NCBI RefSeq assembly: GCF_020745735.1
Contig: NC_083417.1
Location: forward strand, 75,950,001-76,014,000
Length of the DNA stretch: 64,000 nt
Source: Hemiscyllium ocellatum
Lineage: Eukaryota
Direction of reading: 5' to 3'
The first letter of the stretch is position 1. Every line of letters starts with the position of its first letter. Shown piece by piece: positions 39,204-51,164 of this stretch. Under the pieces are notes generated by a model, which saw nothing but the letters and a program-made list of their open reading frames with translations, was not told the origin of the DNA and made no database searches. Made by a program: the position numbers and the translations under genes.

Positions 39204-40109
39204 TATTTTAAGGCAGATTTTTAATCTGTCAGAAAATCAAGGATTTTGCGGGAAAGCAATTAAGTAACCAGGATTATCAGATCCACCATGATATTGAATG
39301 GCATCAGAGACTTAATGAGCTAAATGCCTACTTCTGCTCATCATCTTATGGTCTAATGGCATTTGTTTCCTTTCCCCAACTATGGGGAGCACTGTGGTAT
39401 TATGAGTTGCATTTGTCTTTGGACATAGAACTCAAGATGTATCTTGCTATCCGTATTGGGTATATTTAACATATATGTGAATCTGTAATCCACTAATTTG
39501 GGATAATTATCTTCTGCCCTGTTCTGGTTTATTTACATAAATCTTGTGTAACTAAATGGATTAGGAAGCCCATCTTTACCCAAAACTAACCTGGCGATAT
39601 TTATAATATCTGTCTTTCAGTAGAGTTGCTGATGGAATATTTTCCGCACCAAAGATTCTAACAGACCATCAAAAATCCTGGGTTGCACTAATTGAACAAA
39701 CATTGCTCCCATTGGCTGTGCTACTGATCTGCCCCCATCCTATAGAGTTACTGTAAACCATAGGTATATACAAGCCTGTTCAGTTGCCCCTTCTTAAATT
39801 TGCAGGAATATTTGCATAAAGCCTAATAACAAAATTGTGCAGCAATGATAATTGACAATATTGACATTACTTACTGTATTCTTCTACTTTGATTCGGAAA
39901 TGGAAGTGTGTACAATAAATATCACTGTGAAAACCAACTACTGTTGTAATGTTAGTTTGTTGTCACTCACTCACTGTCAGTTTGAAGGAGGCTGACCTGA
40001 AGCAATGTGGACTTTAAAGAGAGATGGCTGCCCAAGAGTGCAAAATGTACAGCATAGTCCTAATTCTCTCCTTAAAAGCGATTTCATTGAGGCAACAACA
40101 GGTGCATGG

Positions 40110-40560
40110 ATAATCAAAACTCCTTTTTACATAGAGCATTCAAATGGTCTCGCTCCTTTAGGAATCTTACCATGTTGTAACAAGCTGCTTGATAAGTTGA
40201 ACAGCTATTTACATTCTGTACATTCAAACAGCTTCTCATCCGTGTGAGTTCTTTGATGTACTTGATGTGCAAAACTGAATTTTACAATCTGTATATATGA
40301 ATGGCTGCACTCCAATGTGACGCCGTTGATGCGCTATCAATCTATTGGAAGTGCACAACTGCTTTGTACACAGGGCCCTTGAATGGCTTGTTCCTGCTGT
40401 GAACACTCTGGTGTACAGTCAGGTCACTCGATGCACACAATCCTTTTTTACACACTTGACATTGAAAAGCTTTTTTCTCCGGCATGAATTCATTGATGCA
40501 CTTTCAATGTACTGCACAAGGAGAATCAGCTTTTACATGCAGAAAGTAATGAATATTTTT
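40110..40560 (-). pseudogene. C2H2 zinc-finger array pseudogene (about 5 degenerate fingers)
   Basis: Minus strand: HQ*IHAGEK / FQCQVCKKGLCASSDLTVHQSVHSRNKPF / HQRRHIGVQPF / HQRTHTDEKLFECTECK*LFNLSSSLLQH; stops and frameshifts. Confidence 0.85.
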
Positions 40561-40669
40561 ACAAGTAACAAAGGAATCCCAACATCCTATTTAAGTGTAT
40601 ATTTTTAAAAGGTTATTTTTTTTATTGAAAGGTACTGATGTGACAGATAACTTGATTGAAATATCGAAT

Positions 40670-41325
40670 GCAATCTACATGTCAGAACATTGAGCACAGG
40701 AGTTGGGACTGGACAGGACATTGTTTAGGCCACTTTTTGGAATTTTGTGATTTCCTGCCTATAGGATAGATGTAGTGAAACTTGGAAGTGTGCGCTTTTT
40801 CAGCAACACATTTTCAGCTCTGATCTTCAGCATCTGCAGACCTCACTTTCTCCTCGAACATTTACAAGGATTGCCATGGTTGGAGGATTTGAGGTATAGG
40901 GAGTGGTCGAACAGGCTGGGGCTGTTATCCCTGGAGCATCAGAAGCTGAGGGGTGAACTTATAGAAGTTTATCAAATCATGAGGGGCATGGATGGGATAA
41001 ATAGACAAAGTCTCTTTCCTGGGATGAAGAGTACAGAACTAGGGGCATAGGTTTAGGGTGAGAGGGGAAAGATATAATAGAGACCTAAAGGGCAACCTTT
41101 TCACGCAGAGGGTGGGACATGAATGGAATGAGCTGCCAGACGTGGAGGCCAGTACAATTGCAACATTTAAAAGGTATCTGGATGGATTTATTTATAAGAA
41201 GGGTTGCGAGGGATATGGGTTGGATGCTGGCAGGCAGGATAGATTTGTTAGGATATCTGTTCAGCATGGATGAATTGGACCAAAAGATCTGTTTTCATGC
41301 TGTACATCTCAATGACTCTATTTAT
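40670..41325 (+). mobile_element. CR1 3' fragment
   Basis: QGLPWLEDLRYREWSNRLGLLSLEHQKLRGELIEVYQIMRG; CR1 tail. Confidence 0.88.
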
Positions 41326-41354
41326 TATGACAAAAGAACAATAATGAAGTTACT

Positions 41355-41775
41355 ATTGCAATAGGGGCAAGGGTGGGCAACAAATATCAGGTAATTTGAA
41401 GGAGGTTCGAAATTCACTCGGAGTGATGATAATTCAGGGAATTATAGATTGATGAAACTGATATCAGTGGTCGGGAAGTTGTTGGTGAAGATACTGAGGG
41501 ATAGGATCTATTCCCATTTGGAAGAAAATGGGCTTATCAGTCATAGGTAACATTGATTTTTTGCAGCAAAAGTCATATCTTACCAACTTAGTCAAATTAT
41601 TTGAGTAAGTGACAACGTTGATTGATGAGAGAGGGACTGTAGATGTCATGTACCTGGACTTCAGAAAGGCATTTGATAAGGTTTCCCATGATAGGCTGAT
41701 GGAGAAAATGAAGTTGCATGGGGTCCAGGGTTCTAGCTAGATGGATAAAGAACTAGCTAGGCAGCACGGGAGAGT

Positions 41776-41808
<33 letters not shown>

Positions 41809-42835
41809 GACAGAGAGAGAGAGCCGTAGTGGAAGCGAGTTTCTCAAATTGAAGTACTGTGAACAGTGGTGTTCCAACAGGATCCATGCTGGGACCCCTG
41901 TTATTGGTAATATTCACGAATGATTTTGAGGATGGTATCGATTGTCTGATTAGCAAGTTTACAGATGACACTAAGATTAGTAGAGTAGCAGCTAGTGAAG
42001 GGGACTGTCAGAGAATAGAGCAGTATATAATAGATTAGAGAGTTGAGCTGCTAGCAAAATGGCAGATGGAGTTCAATCCAGGTAAATGCAAAGTGATGCA
42101 TTTTGTAAGATCTAATTCAAGAGCGAATTAAAAGGAAACGGACAAGTCCTGTGGAAATTGATATACAGAGAGATCTGGGCGTACAATTCAATAAAGTGGT
42201 CAAGAAAGCATAGGGCATGCTTTCCTTCATCAGATGGGGCATTGAGTACAAGAGTTGGCAGGTCATGTTACAGTTGTATAAGACTTTGGTTTGGCCACAT
42301 TTAGAATGCTGCTTGTAGTTCTAGTTGCCACATTACCAAAAGGATGTGGATGCTTGGAGAGGTTGCAGAGAAGGTTCACCGGGATGTTGCTTGGTCTCGA
42401 GGGTGCTAGCTTTGAAGAAAATTGAGTAAATTAGGTTTATTTTCATTTGGAAGATACAGGTTGAGTGGGGACCTCATTAAGATCTACAAAATCATGAGAG
42501 ATATAGACAGGGTGGACAGCAAGAAACTTTTTTCCCGGAGTGTGGGACTCAATTACTAGTGGTCATACGTTAAAATGAGAGGGGAAATGTTCAGGGGCGA
42601 AATGCATGGAAACTTCTTTACGCAGAGGGCGCTGGATGCCTGGAATGCATTGCCAATGGAGGTGGTAGAGGCAGGGCACGATAGCTCCATTAAAGATATG
42701 TCGAGACAGACACATGAAAGAACTGGGAGCAGAGTGATACAGTCCCTTAGAAAATAAGGAACAGGTTAAGACAGAGGATCTGGATCAATGAAGACTTAGA
42801 GGATCGAAGGGCTGTAATTTTCTTTGTTCTGTGAA
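41355..42835 (+). mobile_element. CR1 RT to 3' end, decayed
   Basis: DFRKAFDKV, SKFTDDTKI and CR1 3' end. Confidence 0.88.
41774..41823. repeat. (GA)n microsatellite expanded inside the CR1
   Basis: AGAGAGAG.. run at the QRV codons of the LINE. Confidence 0.9.
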
Positions 42836-42997
42836 GCTGTCCATGTTCAAATGCAGCCAGTCCTGAACCATATCTAGACTTGAAATGAGAAGCAACATGT
42901 TACATGTATACTACATAAATGTCAGTCAACATTTTCAACCACGCAGTATCTAACCATTGCCATTTGTTGTTGAATGGCAACCATTACAGAATACTGC

Positions 42998-43170
42998 ACT
43001 GCAGGTCGTTCTGCTATAAAGCAGTAGTTGTGTTTTTCTGCAACCCTGTGCTTTATAAAATTGCGCTATGGAAAGCCAATGCAGAAAATCACGAAACCTT
43101 TTCAGTCGAAAATTCATATTATCCAAATATTTTCCACAATTCATCAAACATATTATAACAATTCACGTTG
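42998..43170 (+). mobile_element. Tigger-derived MITE/terminus
   Basis: CAGGTCGTTCTGCTATAAAGCAGTAGTTG..CAACCCTGTGCTTTATAAAATTGCG resembles the reverse complement of 3620-3700. Confidence 0.55.
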
Positions 43171-43189
43171 ACAAAGTGTTCATTACTCC

Positions 43190-43835
43190 AGTCCAACCCG
43201 TATCAACAACCTGGGGTTATCACTGATCAAACACCGAACTGGATTGACCATATAAATATAATGGCTACACGAACAGATTCGAGGGTAACAGTGATGCAAT
43301 AAGTACTTCGCCCTCTGTCTCTCAAACAGCTTCTTCAAGGCACAAGTCAGGGGTGTGGTAGAATGAGTGCAGCTCCATCAACATTCAAGAAATTTGACAT
43401 CACCCAGGATGAAGCAGACGGCTTAACTAGTTCCCCCATCCACTGTCTTCAATGTACAGCACCAATGCACAGTGATTAACATTTAAAAGATACTCTGTAG
43501 CAACCCAACAAGGCTCATTTGTCAGCAATTTCCAAATCCTCAATATCTATCACCTCGAAGGCCTAGTGTGCAGACACATCAAACACCACCACCATTAGCA
43601 AGCACCCTTCCAAGCCATTCTAACTTGTAACTATATCACTGTCCCCTCATGGTCGCTGAGTCAAAGTCGTGGAACTTGTCCTTTTTAATAGTGCAGTAAA
43701 TAAACCTACACTACATGGACTGCAGCAGTTTAAGACTGCCGCTCATTACCACCTTCTGCATTGCAACGAAAGCCGTAGACTAATTAAAGGCCTATCTAGC
43801 TCTGCCCAAATCCCATGAAAGAATTTGAAAGAAAA
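43190..43835 (+). mobile_element. Second LINE family, 3' end
   Basis: GCAGCAGTTTAAGACTGCCGCTCATTACCACCTTC..ATCCCATGAAAGAAT tail. Confidence 0.65.
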
Positions 43836-44344
43836 CATCCGCGATCCAATTTGTTTCTTAAACCCCCACTAAGTCCCTCCCATTCCTGCACTCATTAACT
43901 CCACTGAAACCATTTCAGATATTTAAACAACTGCCTCAACACAGCATCTGATGTTGTAAAAAAGATTTGTGTATTGCTCCTCTTTCCCATAGCTCTCTGT
44001 GCATAAGTACACTGAGGTATTGCTGCTGTAAGTAGAATAAGCGGACATAAGAGTGAAGGCACATTAAGGTAACATAGTCAGCTGTGACACCTGAGGACCG
44101 TCAGTAATCTGTTCTGAGGAAGGGCGGCATCCACAGATGCTGCCAGACCTGCTGAGCTTTTCCAGCAATTTCTGTTTTTGTTTCTGATTCACAGAACCGA
44201 AGTTTTTTTTTGGATTTTATTTGGTATTTAACTCACTGCCACTTCTCTTGTTGGCATACCCATCTTGAAGAAGTTCTGCTCCTCTGTCTAACAGGATTTC
44301 CGTTCGAATCTTTTCTCTTGTTCAGGTAGGAGAATGTGACGACG

Positions 44345-44520
44345 GCAGATGCTGGAGATCAGAGTTGAGAGCTCAGTGCTGGAAAAGCACGTCAGGTCAG
44401 GCAGCATTAAAGGAGCAGGAGAATCGGCGTTTCGGGCTTAAGCCCTTCGTCAGAAATCAAATGTCGATTCTCCTGCTTCTCGGATGCTGCCTGACCTGCT
44501 GTGCTTTTCCAGCCATTTCT
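44345..44520. mobile_element. Palindromic Penelope-terminus mini-element with hammerhead-like core
   Basis: GCTGGAAAAGCACGTCAGGTCAGGCAGCAT..GGAGAATCG is inverted against CGATTCTCC..ATGCTGCCTGACCTGCTGTGCTTTTCCAGC; minus-strand CTGACGA-A-GGGC TTAA GCCC-GAAA at 44421-44457. Confidence 0.8.
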
Positions 44521-44649
44521 GATTCTGCTTGTGTATAAAGCAGCTGCAAGTAGTTCTCAGTTGTCATAACATGGCTAGCGAAGGTATTTTAAGCTGAAAC
44601 AATAGATTCCATAATCTGAAGTTTGAATTTAAACTATAAGCTAAAGTAA

Positions 44650-45471
44650 TTGTAGCCTTCATAAAAGGATTATATGTAAGGTAATAAGATTAGAGTAACA
44701 CACAAAGGGTCTAGTGAATTGCATACAAGTGACTCTGTTGGGATAGAAGTCAATGCAGCTGCTTGTTCAGAGACAGTTTGATTAAGAACATCTTTGAGAA
44801 TGCTGATAGAGGCCTCTGTACCAGGCTGGTCCAAGATTTAGTATTCATCATGAGATAGAAAGGAAGGACCAGACCCACATCATTTAAGACTCCCAGTTAA
44901 TTGTAGCCACACGTCACATATCAAAATGGAGTTTTAAGTCTTCAGTCATTGGGAGACTTAACTGCATTCTTGTGGATATCATGTCCAAAGCAGATAGAGA
45001 AAGCCCCGTTCCTGTTAGAGTTGACAGTAAATACTGGCACAACCAGCTAGGCCCAAATGCCATGAAAGACAAATGAAGGAGTACTCAATAACTGGAGCTA
45101 AAGTCTGGAATGTGGTTTAATAAAGTGTATTAGGAAAACCTAAGGATAATGGATAAGGTAATCTGGTAAACATCATGAGATAATGGGACATCCACAGAGT
45201 GATCACAGTCACACGATAAATCTGATTGGACGTGTATGTAACTAATTAATAGTGTTAATTATTTTGAATAATTAATGATGGTTTGTAACAGCTAAAGACA
45301 GGGAAGAAGCAAATGTATAAAAAGTTTCTGTTTCCCTTTATTCAGGGGAGAATTCTCTGGAATACTAGAGGCTCTCTCCTCACCAGTGCAAAACAATAAA
45401 CTCTTTGATGATTAAACTGAACTTGGGAGTCAAGTGTTTCAATTAGTTATTCTGCCCTTACACCAGCAACA
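44650..45471 (+). mobile_element. Probable solo retroviral-type LTR
   Basis: Inverted CCAAT (GATTGG 45224-45229), TATAAAAA 45316-45323, AATAAA 45395-45400, U5-like ..GGGAGTCAAGTG..CAACA end; 5' boundary uncertain and no TSD found. Confidence 0.45.
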
Positions 45472-45669
45472 CACGAAAATCCTGAGATTTCACACCCCTC
45501 TCATGTGATTGTGAGTGAGGCTGAATTTGATCGAAAACTTGCATTTCTCCGTGTTTTAATGAGGATTGCCATGTCCGCAGATTACTAACCATAACTGGAC
45601 AAGTTAATAATATGGTTAAGAAAACATGTTCACTTTTGTGCTGCCACAAAAGTCATTAGTAATCTTCAT

Positions 45670-46250
45670 AACATTATCTAACTTCACCCCATCTCAACCC
45701 ATTTGCTGCTGAAGCCCTTAGCCATGCTTTTGTCACCTCTATACTTGCCTTTTCTGACCAGGTCTGGTCAGATCTCCCACTTCACACTCGACAGACGTGG
45801 GGCCATTCAGAACTCTGCTGCCCATGGCTTGACTCCACTGAGTTCCTGTGTGCTCAGACCCGCACTGGCTCCCAGGAAAACAATGTCCTCGTTTTAAGAT
45901 TCTCATCCTTCTTCCCTAATCTCTCCATGATCTCAACCCTTCCCATTTCTGTAATCTCATCCAATCCATAGCCTCTTTTAGTGCCTCATTATCATCTGTA
46001 CATTTAATCGCTTCATCTTCGGTGATTGTTCCTCTGGTAACCAAGGCCCCGATATCTGGAAATCCCTCTTTGAAATTTTCTGCCTCTCTACCATATTTCC
46101 TTTCTTTAAGGCATTCCTCTTTGACGTAGTTTTGGTAATCTGACATAAAATTTACTTACGTGCTTGGTTTCATACTTTGTTTTATAAGATTCCTGTGGCA
46201 TACGTTGGGATGGTTTATGGTGCCACATGACTACAACTGTATTGTAATAT
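45670..46250 (+). mobile_element. L2 LINE 3' remnant
   Basis: CATGCTTTTGTCACCTCT (HAFVTS), ATTCAGAACTCTGCTGCCC (IQNSAA) and CACTGGCTCCC (HWLP). Confidence 0.7.
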
Positions 46251-46739
46251 ACAATCATTGGATTTATAAATAGAAACATTTAACATGAAAACAATGATAT
46301 AATGCAAATTCTTTAGGAATTTCTAGTTAGGTCTGCTGAGTTACTCTGACCAAATCTTTAGAAAATTTGACAAGGCTTGGAGTGGAAAGCAGAGAAAGGT
46401 TATTAGGATTGTGCTAAAAATGAGAAAATTCATGTTAAGTGGCGAAGTTGAATTTTTCTCCTTGTGTGAGAAGGTTAAAAAGATAAATTTATTCACAATT
46501 TTGAATCATCGTGAGAAGGTGACTGACCTTTCCTTTGTCAAGTGAGTTGGCAACCAGAGCTCAAAGGACAAAAATAATCAGCAAAAGAACGCAGTAATAA
46601 GGATAAACTTCTTCACACTGAGAACAGTTAAGCAGTGAACACACCAGCTCAAATTATAGTGGTCAGGTTCAATAGGGGCTTTGAAGTGGAAAATCAACAT
46701 GTACTCAATGTGCCATTTGAAGGCTTATAGAGAAATCAT

Positions 46740-47325
46740 TTAACATGTTCTGAGGCTGTATAGGACATTGGTCAGGCCAGCGTTGGAATATTGTGTGCAA
46801 TTTTGGTCTCCTTCCTATCGAAAATATGTTGTGAAACTTGAATTCAGAAAAGATTTACAAGGATGTTGCCAGGTTTGGAGGACTTGAGCTAAAGAGAGAA
46901 GCTGAAGAGCCTGGGGCTGTTTTCCCTGGAGCATCAGAGGCTGAGGAGTGGCCTTATAGAGGTTTACAAATTTATGAGGTGCATGGATAGGATAAATAGA
47001 CTAAGTCTTTTACCTGGGGTGTGGGAGTCCAGAACTGGAGGGCATAGGTTTAGGGTGAGAGGGGAAAGATATAACAGGAACATAAGGAGCAACTTTTTCA
47101 CACAGAGGGTGGTGCGTGTTTCGAATGAGCTGCCAGAGGAAGTGGTAGAGGCTGGTACAGTTGCAACTTTTAAATGGCATTTGGATGGGTATATGAATAG
47201 GAAGGGTTTTGAAGGATATGGGCTGGGTGCTGGCCGGTGGAAATAGATTGGGTTGGGATAGCTGATCGGCATCGATGGGTTGTACCGAAAGGTCTGTTTC
47301 CATGCTGTACATCTCTATGACTCTC
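46740..47325 (+). mobile_element. CR1 3' fragment, relatively well preserved
   Basis: ORF 46974-47246 GHRFRVRGERYNRNIRSNFFTQRVVRV; tail CTCTATGACTCT. Confidence 0.9.
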
Positions 47326-47349
47326 TGGTTGATCGTCTAACTCTTGTAC

Positions 47350-47945
47350 TCTGTTCCCACTTTCTCCACATTGATTTTGATCCATTTAGCTCGAATAACT
47401 ATAACTCCTTCTTGAAAACATTTAATGTTTTTGACTCTATTGGTTTATTTTGTCAATGAGAATTCCCCAGGCTCACCACTGTCTGAAAAACGGTGAAGAA
47501 AGTTCTCCTCATCTTAGTCATAACAGCCTACCCTGCATTCTCTGACTGTGTACTCTGATTCTCGATTATCCTGTCAGGAAGAGCAACCTTTCTGCGTTTA
47601 CCCTGCTTAGCCCTGTTAGAATTTTATAGGTTTCTAAGCGATACCTCTCCATTCTTCTTAACTACAGTAAATATCGTTCTGACCGATCTTGTCACTTCAT
47701 ATGCCAGTCCTGCTATTCCAGGAACCAGTTTGGTTCATTGTATTCCCTCCATGGCCAGAGCTTTCTTCCTCAGATTAGGAGACCAAAACTGAACAGAATA
47801 CTGCAGGTATCATTTCAGCGAGGCCCTGCACAAATACAGCAAGGTATTCCTGCTCATGTACTCAAATTCTGTTGCTCTGAAAGGTAACATAACCATTTAA
47901 CCTCTTCACCACCTGCTGCACTTGTATACTTATTTTCAGCCTGAG
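47350..47945 (-). mobile_element. CR1 3' fragment
   Basis: Reverse-complement CR1 3' sequence. Confidence 0.7.
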
Positions 47946-48209
47946 TTCTGACTTTCCAGGATCCAACACAGCCTTGATATCCAATCTGACCGTTTCTCTG
48001 TTCAGTAATGTTGATTCCAGGAGTGTGCAGAGTGTGAGGATTTAAAGGGGAGTGAGAGGCTGTGGAGAGTGAGGAATGACATGGATTAGGTGATGGACTG
48101 GCAATATTGGACTCAATCAGAAACTGTGTCGGCAGGAACAACATGTGCAACAGCAGCTAAAGGAATAATGCAACATTAAATTGGTTTACAAACTAAAATC
48201 ACTTTACAG

Positions 48210-48388
48210 AAGTGAATTTACTGCACCTGCCTGCAAGAAGTGGTGAAACCTTTTGAGACAGTGAGATGCAATAATTGTGGAAATGTTCTGGCAGTGTGAT
48301 TATCATTTTCCTGTTGTCATTTGAATTTGGTGTAAATGACAGACTTCTTCAGAATGTGATTCTGATACCAAAAGGCAAATAGGAGCAG
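48210..48388 (+). pseudogene. Candidate decayed transmembrane exon
   Basis: Acceptor CACTTTACAG and consensus donor CAG|GTAAGT; mixed frames give AIIVEMF / VIIIFLLSF / IWCK*QTSSECDSDTKRQIGA. Confidence 0.35.
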
Positions 48389-48407
48389 GTAAGTTACAGG
48401 TTGTGTG

Positions 48408-48427
48408 CTGACAGCAGGGGGCAGTGT
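48408..48427 (+). promoter_or_regulatory. CTCF-motif-like site
   Basis: CTGACAGCAGGGGGCAGTGT is close to the CCASCAGRKGGCRS core. Confidence 0.45.
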
Positions 48428-48664
48428 TTCAACATGTTAGAAACCAGCACTTCCATTTTGGGAAAGAGCTACCAATAAACTGGAAGCTTTAATTTAATCA
48501 AGCTAAATGACCCTCATTTAATAGAAATCAAACGGAAGGCATGCAAGTCTCTCAATGCCGAGTCTCTATCCTTGCTCTGTTCTATAAGATCTTGAATTTT
48601 AGGAAATTTTCCTGTGTAAAATTAAATTTTCCTTTCTCCTTTCTGGGCACTTTTCATTTCCTAG

Positions 48665-48738
48665 ACAGACGAAGAAGAACCTTGTGTCAGACTACTGCAG
48701 ACATTCCAGCCACTGCTGGAGAAGCTCCTAAGAGTTAA
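48665..48738 (+). pseudogene. Candidate cytoplasmic last exon
   Basis: Long pyrimidine tract + TAG acceptor; the phase-1 frame joins the 48388 donor: DRRRRTLCQTTADIPATAGEAPKS*. Confidence 0.4.
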
Positions 48739-48934
48739 TATTTATCCGCAAATCTTCTCATGTTCCCCTTCAACCATGCAAAAGTACACTCAAACATACA
48801 AACTGAAAGAACAATGGATGGTGTAAATCAGAAACAAAAATTAAAATCGATGGGTTAGTTCAACAAATCTGGCAGCATCTGTGGAGAGAAATCAGACTTA
48901 AAGTTTCGGGTCAGAACACAAACGCATTCTTTGG

Positions 48935-49632
48935 GAGGCGTAGTGTGGTGGTAATGTCACTAGATTTGTAATCCAAAACCCCAGGCTAATATTCTGGGTG
49001 CATGAATTTATATTTCATGCAAGCAGGTGGTGGAATTTAAATTCAATAAAAAATATGAGACAATATTTGATCTGTTTATCACCATGTGACCGCTGATGAT
49101 TGTCATAAAAACTTCTGGATCACTAATGTTCTTCCAGCTGCCATTCTTAGCCGATCTTAAAAACATGCGACTCAAAAACCACAGCAAGATGGTTAACTCT
49201 TAACTCCTGCATGATTGGAGATGGACGGTGGTTACTGACCATGAATTAATTTTTAAAAAAACAAAGTGTACAAGTACATACAGAGACAGTTGGGCAGGCA
49301 GCAACCTCATGGCGTTATCACTGGACTGTTCACTCAGAGACACAGGAGATGTTCTGTGGACCTGGGTATTCGAACCTGCCATGGTGGCACTTGATTTTAA
49401 TAAAGAAAATCTGGAACTAGAGGTCAAAACATCAGCTGTTTGAATAAAAAACATCTGGTCTCCTTAATGCCATTTAGGGAAAGAAACTGGCATCCGTACC
49501 TGGTCTGGCTTACATGTGATTCCAGACCCACAACAATGTGGTTGACCTTTTATTGGCCTCTGGACGATTAGGAATGGGCAATAAACCCTGTCCCAGTCAG
49601 TGATGACCTCATCCCATGCATGATTAAAAACT
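48935..49632 (+). mobile_element. Two tandem copies of a second tRNA-derived SINE family (about 48935-49200 and 49308-49632)
   Basis: tRNA-like head (GTGG..TCACTGGAC..GGTATTCGAACC), core TAGGGAAAGAAACTG..ACATGTGATTCCAGACCCAC, LINE-like tail. Confidence 0.7.
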
Positions 49633-51164
49633 ACATACGGGGAAAGGCAGGGTTATACAGTTACATGCAACTTCCACACAGCAATCACAGAAACCTGGCT
49701 GATTTTCACATATTCCGAGGTCCTGATGCCAATCATCCTGCCTGACTTGAGATCAAGTAATTGAATATAGTCCAAAGACTTCGGCAAATTCGAGACTATG
49801 AGGGTGAAAATGGTATTGGTTTTTGGTCAGGTGGGTATGTTTAAGGACAGTGTGAATAAAAAGGTCTCCATCAATGCTTCATTCTTTAACAAGAAATGAT
49901 AGTGTGAAAATCAAATCCTGAAATTCCATCAGTTCCCTTTATCATTCGTAAATGGAACTGAGATACATTTTTCTATCACACAGTAATGAGAATCTGTGGG
50001 ATTTTCAGTTCCTTTGGAGGATACAATTTTCGGGGTACTCCAACAAGGCATTAAATGCATTTGCTGGAATAAACAATGGCACATTTGTCTAAAAGCCACA
50101 AAAAGTCTCAACAAATATTTCAAACTAGGTGAAGGAAGTACCCAATTTGAGAGACGGTAGGACCAGAGCATTACCAGTAGAGCAAGGGGTGATGATTGTA
50201 TCTAAAGGAAAAAAAAACTCTCTTGTAACTGTGTCAATTGGACCCTGCTAAAAGAAAGAGTGTCTATGGTCTTGGGATTGAGGCTGAGGTCTACTCATTA
50301 TGGATCTTGGTCTGAGGCCTAGAGACTTTAGGTCTAGAGCCTAGGGACTGGCAGCTGAAGCCCAGTTACCCTTGTCTTCTATCCTGATCCTTCTTGAGAT
50401 TGGTTTCACTCTAGTACCTCACACACTCTTCAGGCCATTTTTTCAGACATGAACTGAAACAACAAATCTTCTCAGAGCTTCGATACGATTCTGTTATTCG
50501 GTGACTAGTCTAGAGAACTGAGATCAAGTCAACCATGGACTGATCAGCCTTCTTCTGTGTTGCAACAATTCTGCAATGATTAATTAAGGATGTAAATTTA
50601 GATAATTCCTCAGTGGAATTTTAAAAAAGGCATTTGTAAATGTGTTCATAAACCTTTCAGATATCCTTTAAGGAAGGAAGCAGGCCGTCCCTCACCTGCT
50701 CTGGTCTATATGTGATCCCAATTCAGTACCAATATGGTTGATCTTAATTGCCTTCCAAATTACCTTGCTTCAGGGTAACTAAGGATGGGAAATAAACAAC
50801 CTGGCGAACACATTCTGGGAATGAATTTGAAACGTTCTTCAGCCAGAAAAAAAAACTATTCTAAGGTTAAACTGAATGCCAATATTAAACTGTGGATACT
50901 GGGAATACTCAGTCCATTTGGCAACCTTTGACTCTGAGTCTGTCCTGACTCAATTCGGGCCATCCTTCAGCCAATGTCATTGGCCAGCTACAGCAATGGG
51001 AGATCTGGATGATTATGATAAGAGGCTAATGTTTAAATGTCTTTCTTTATATTGGTTAAGTGGTAGAACGTCTTAGGGTCAAGTCCAACTCAAAGAAATT
51101 TGAGTAACACGTCTAGGATGAGAGTTAATGAATTTCTGAGGGACTGTAGAACTGTTGGGTTGTG

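Noticed and set aside
39621-39763. Exon-like segment (TCTTTCAG..AG|GTATAT)
   Set aside because: Stops in all three frames and no recognisable product
49818-49854. RSS-like GGTTTTTGG..CAGTGTG
   Set aside because: 21-nt spacer, imperfect heptamer and no FGxG J segment or donor downstream
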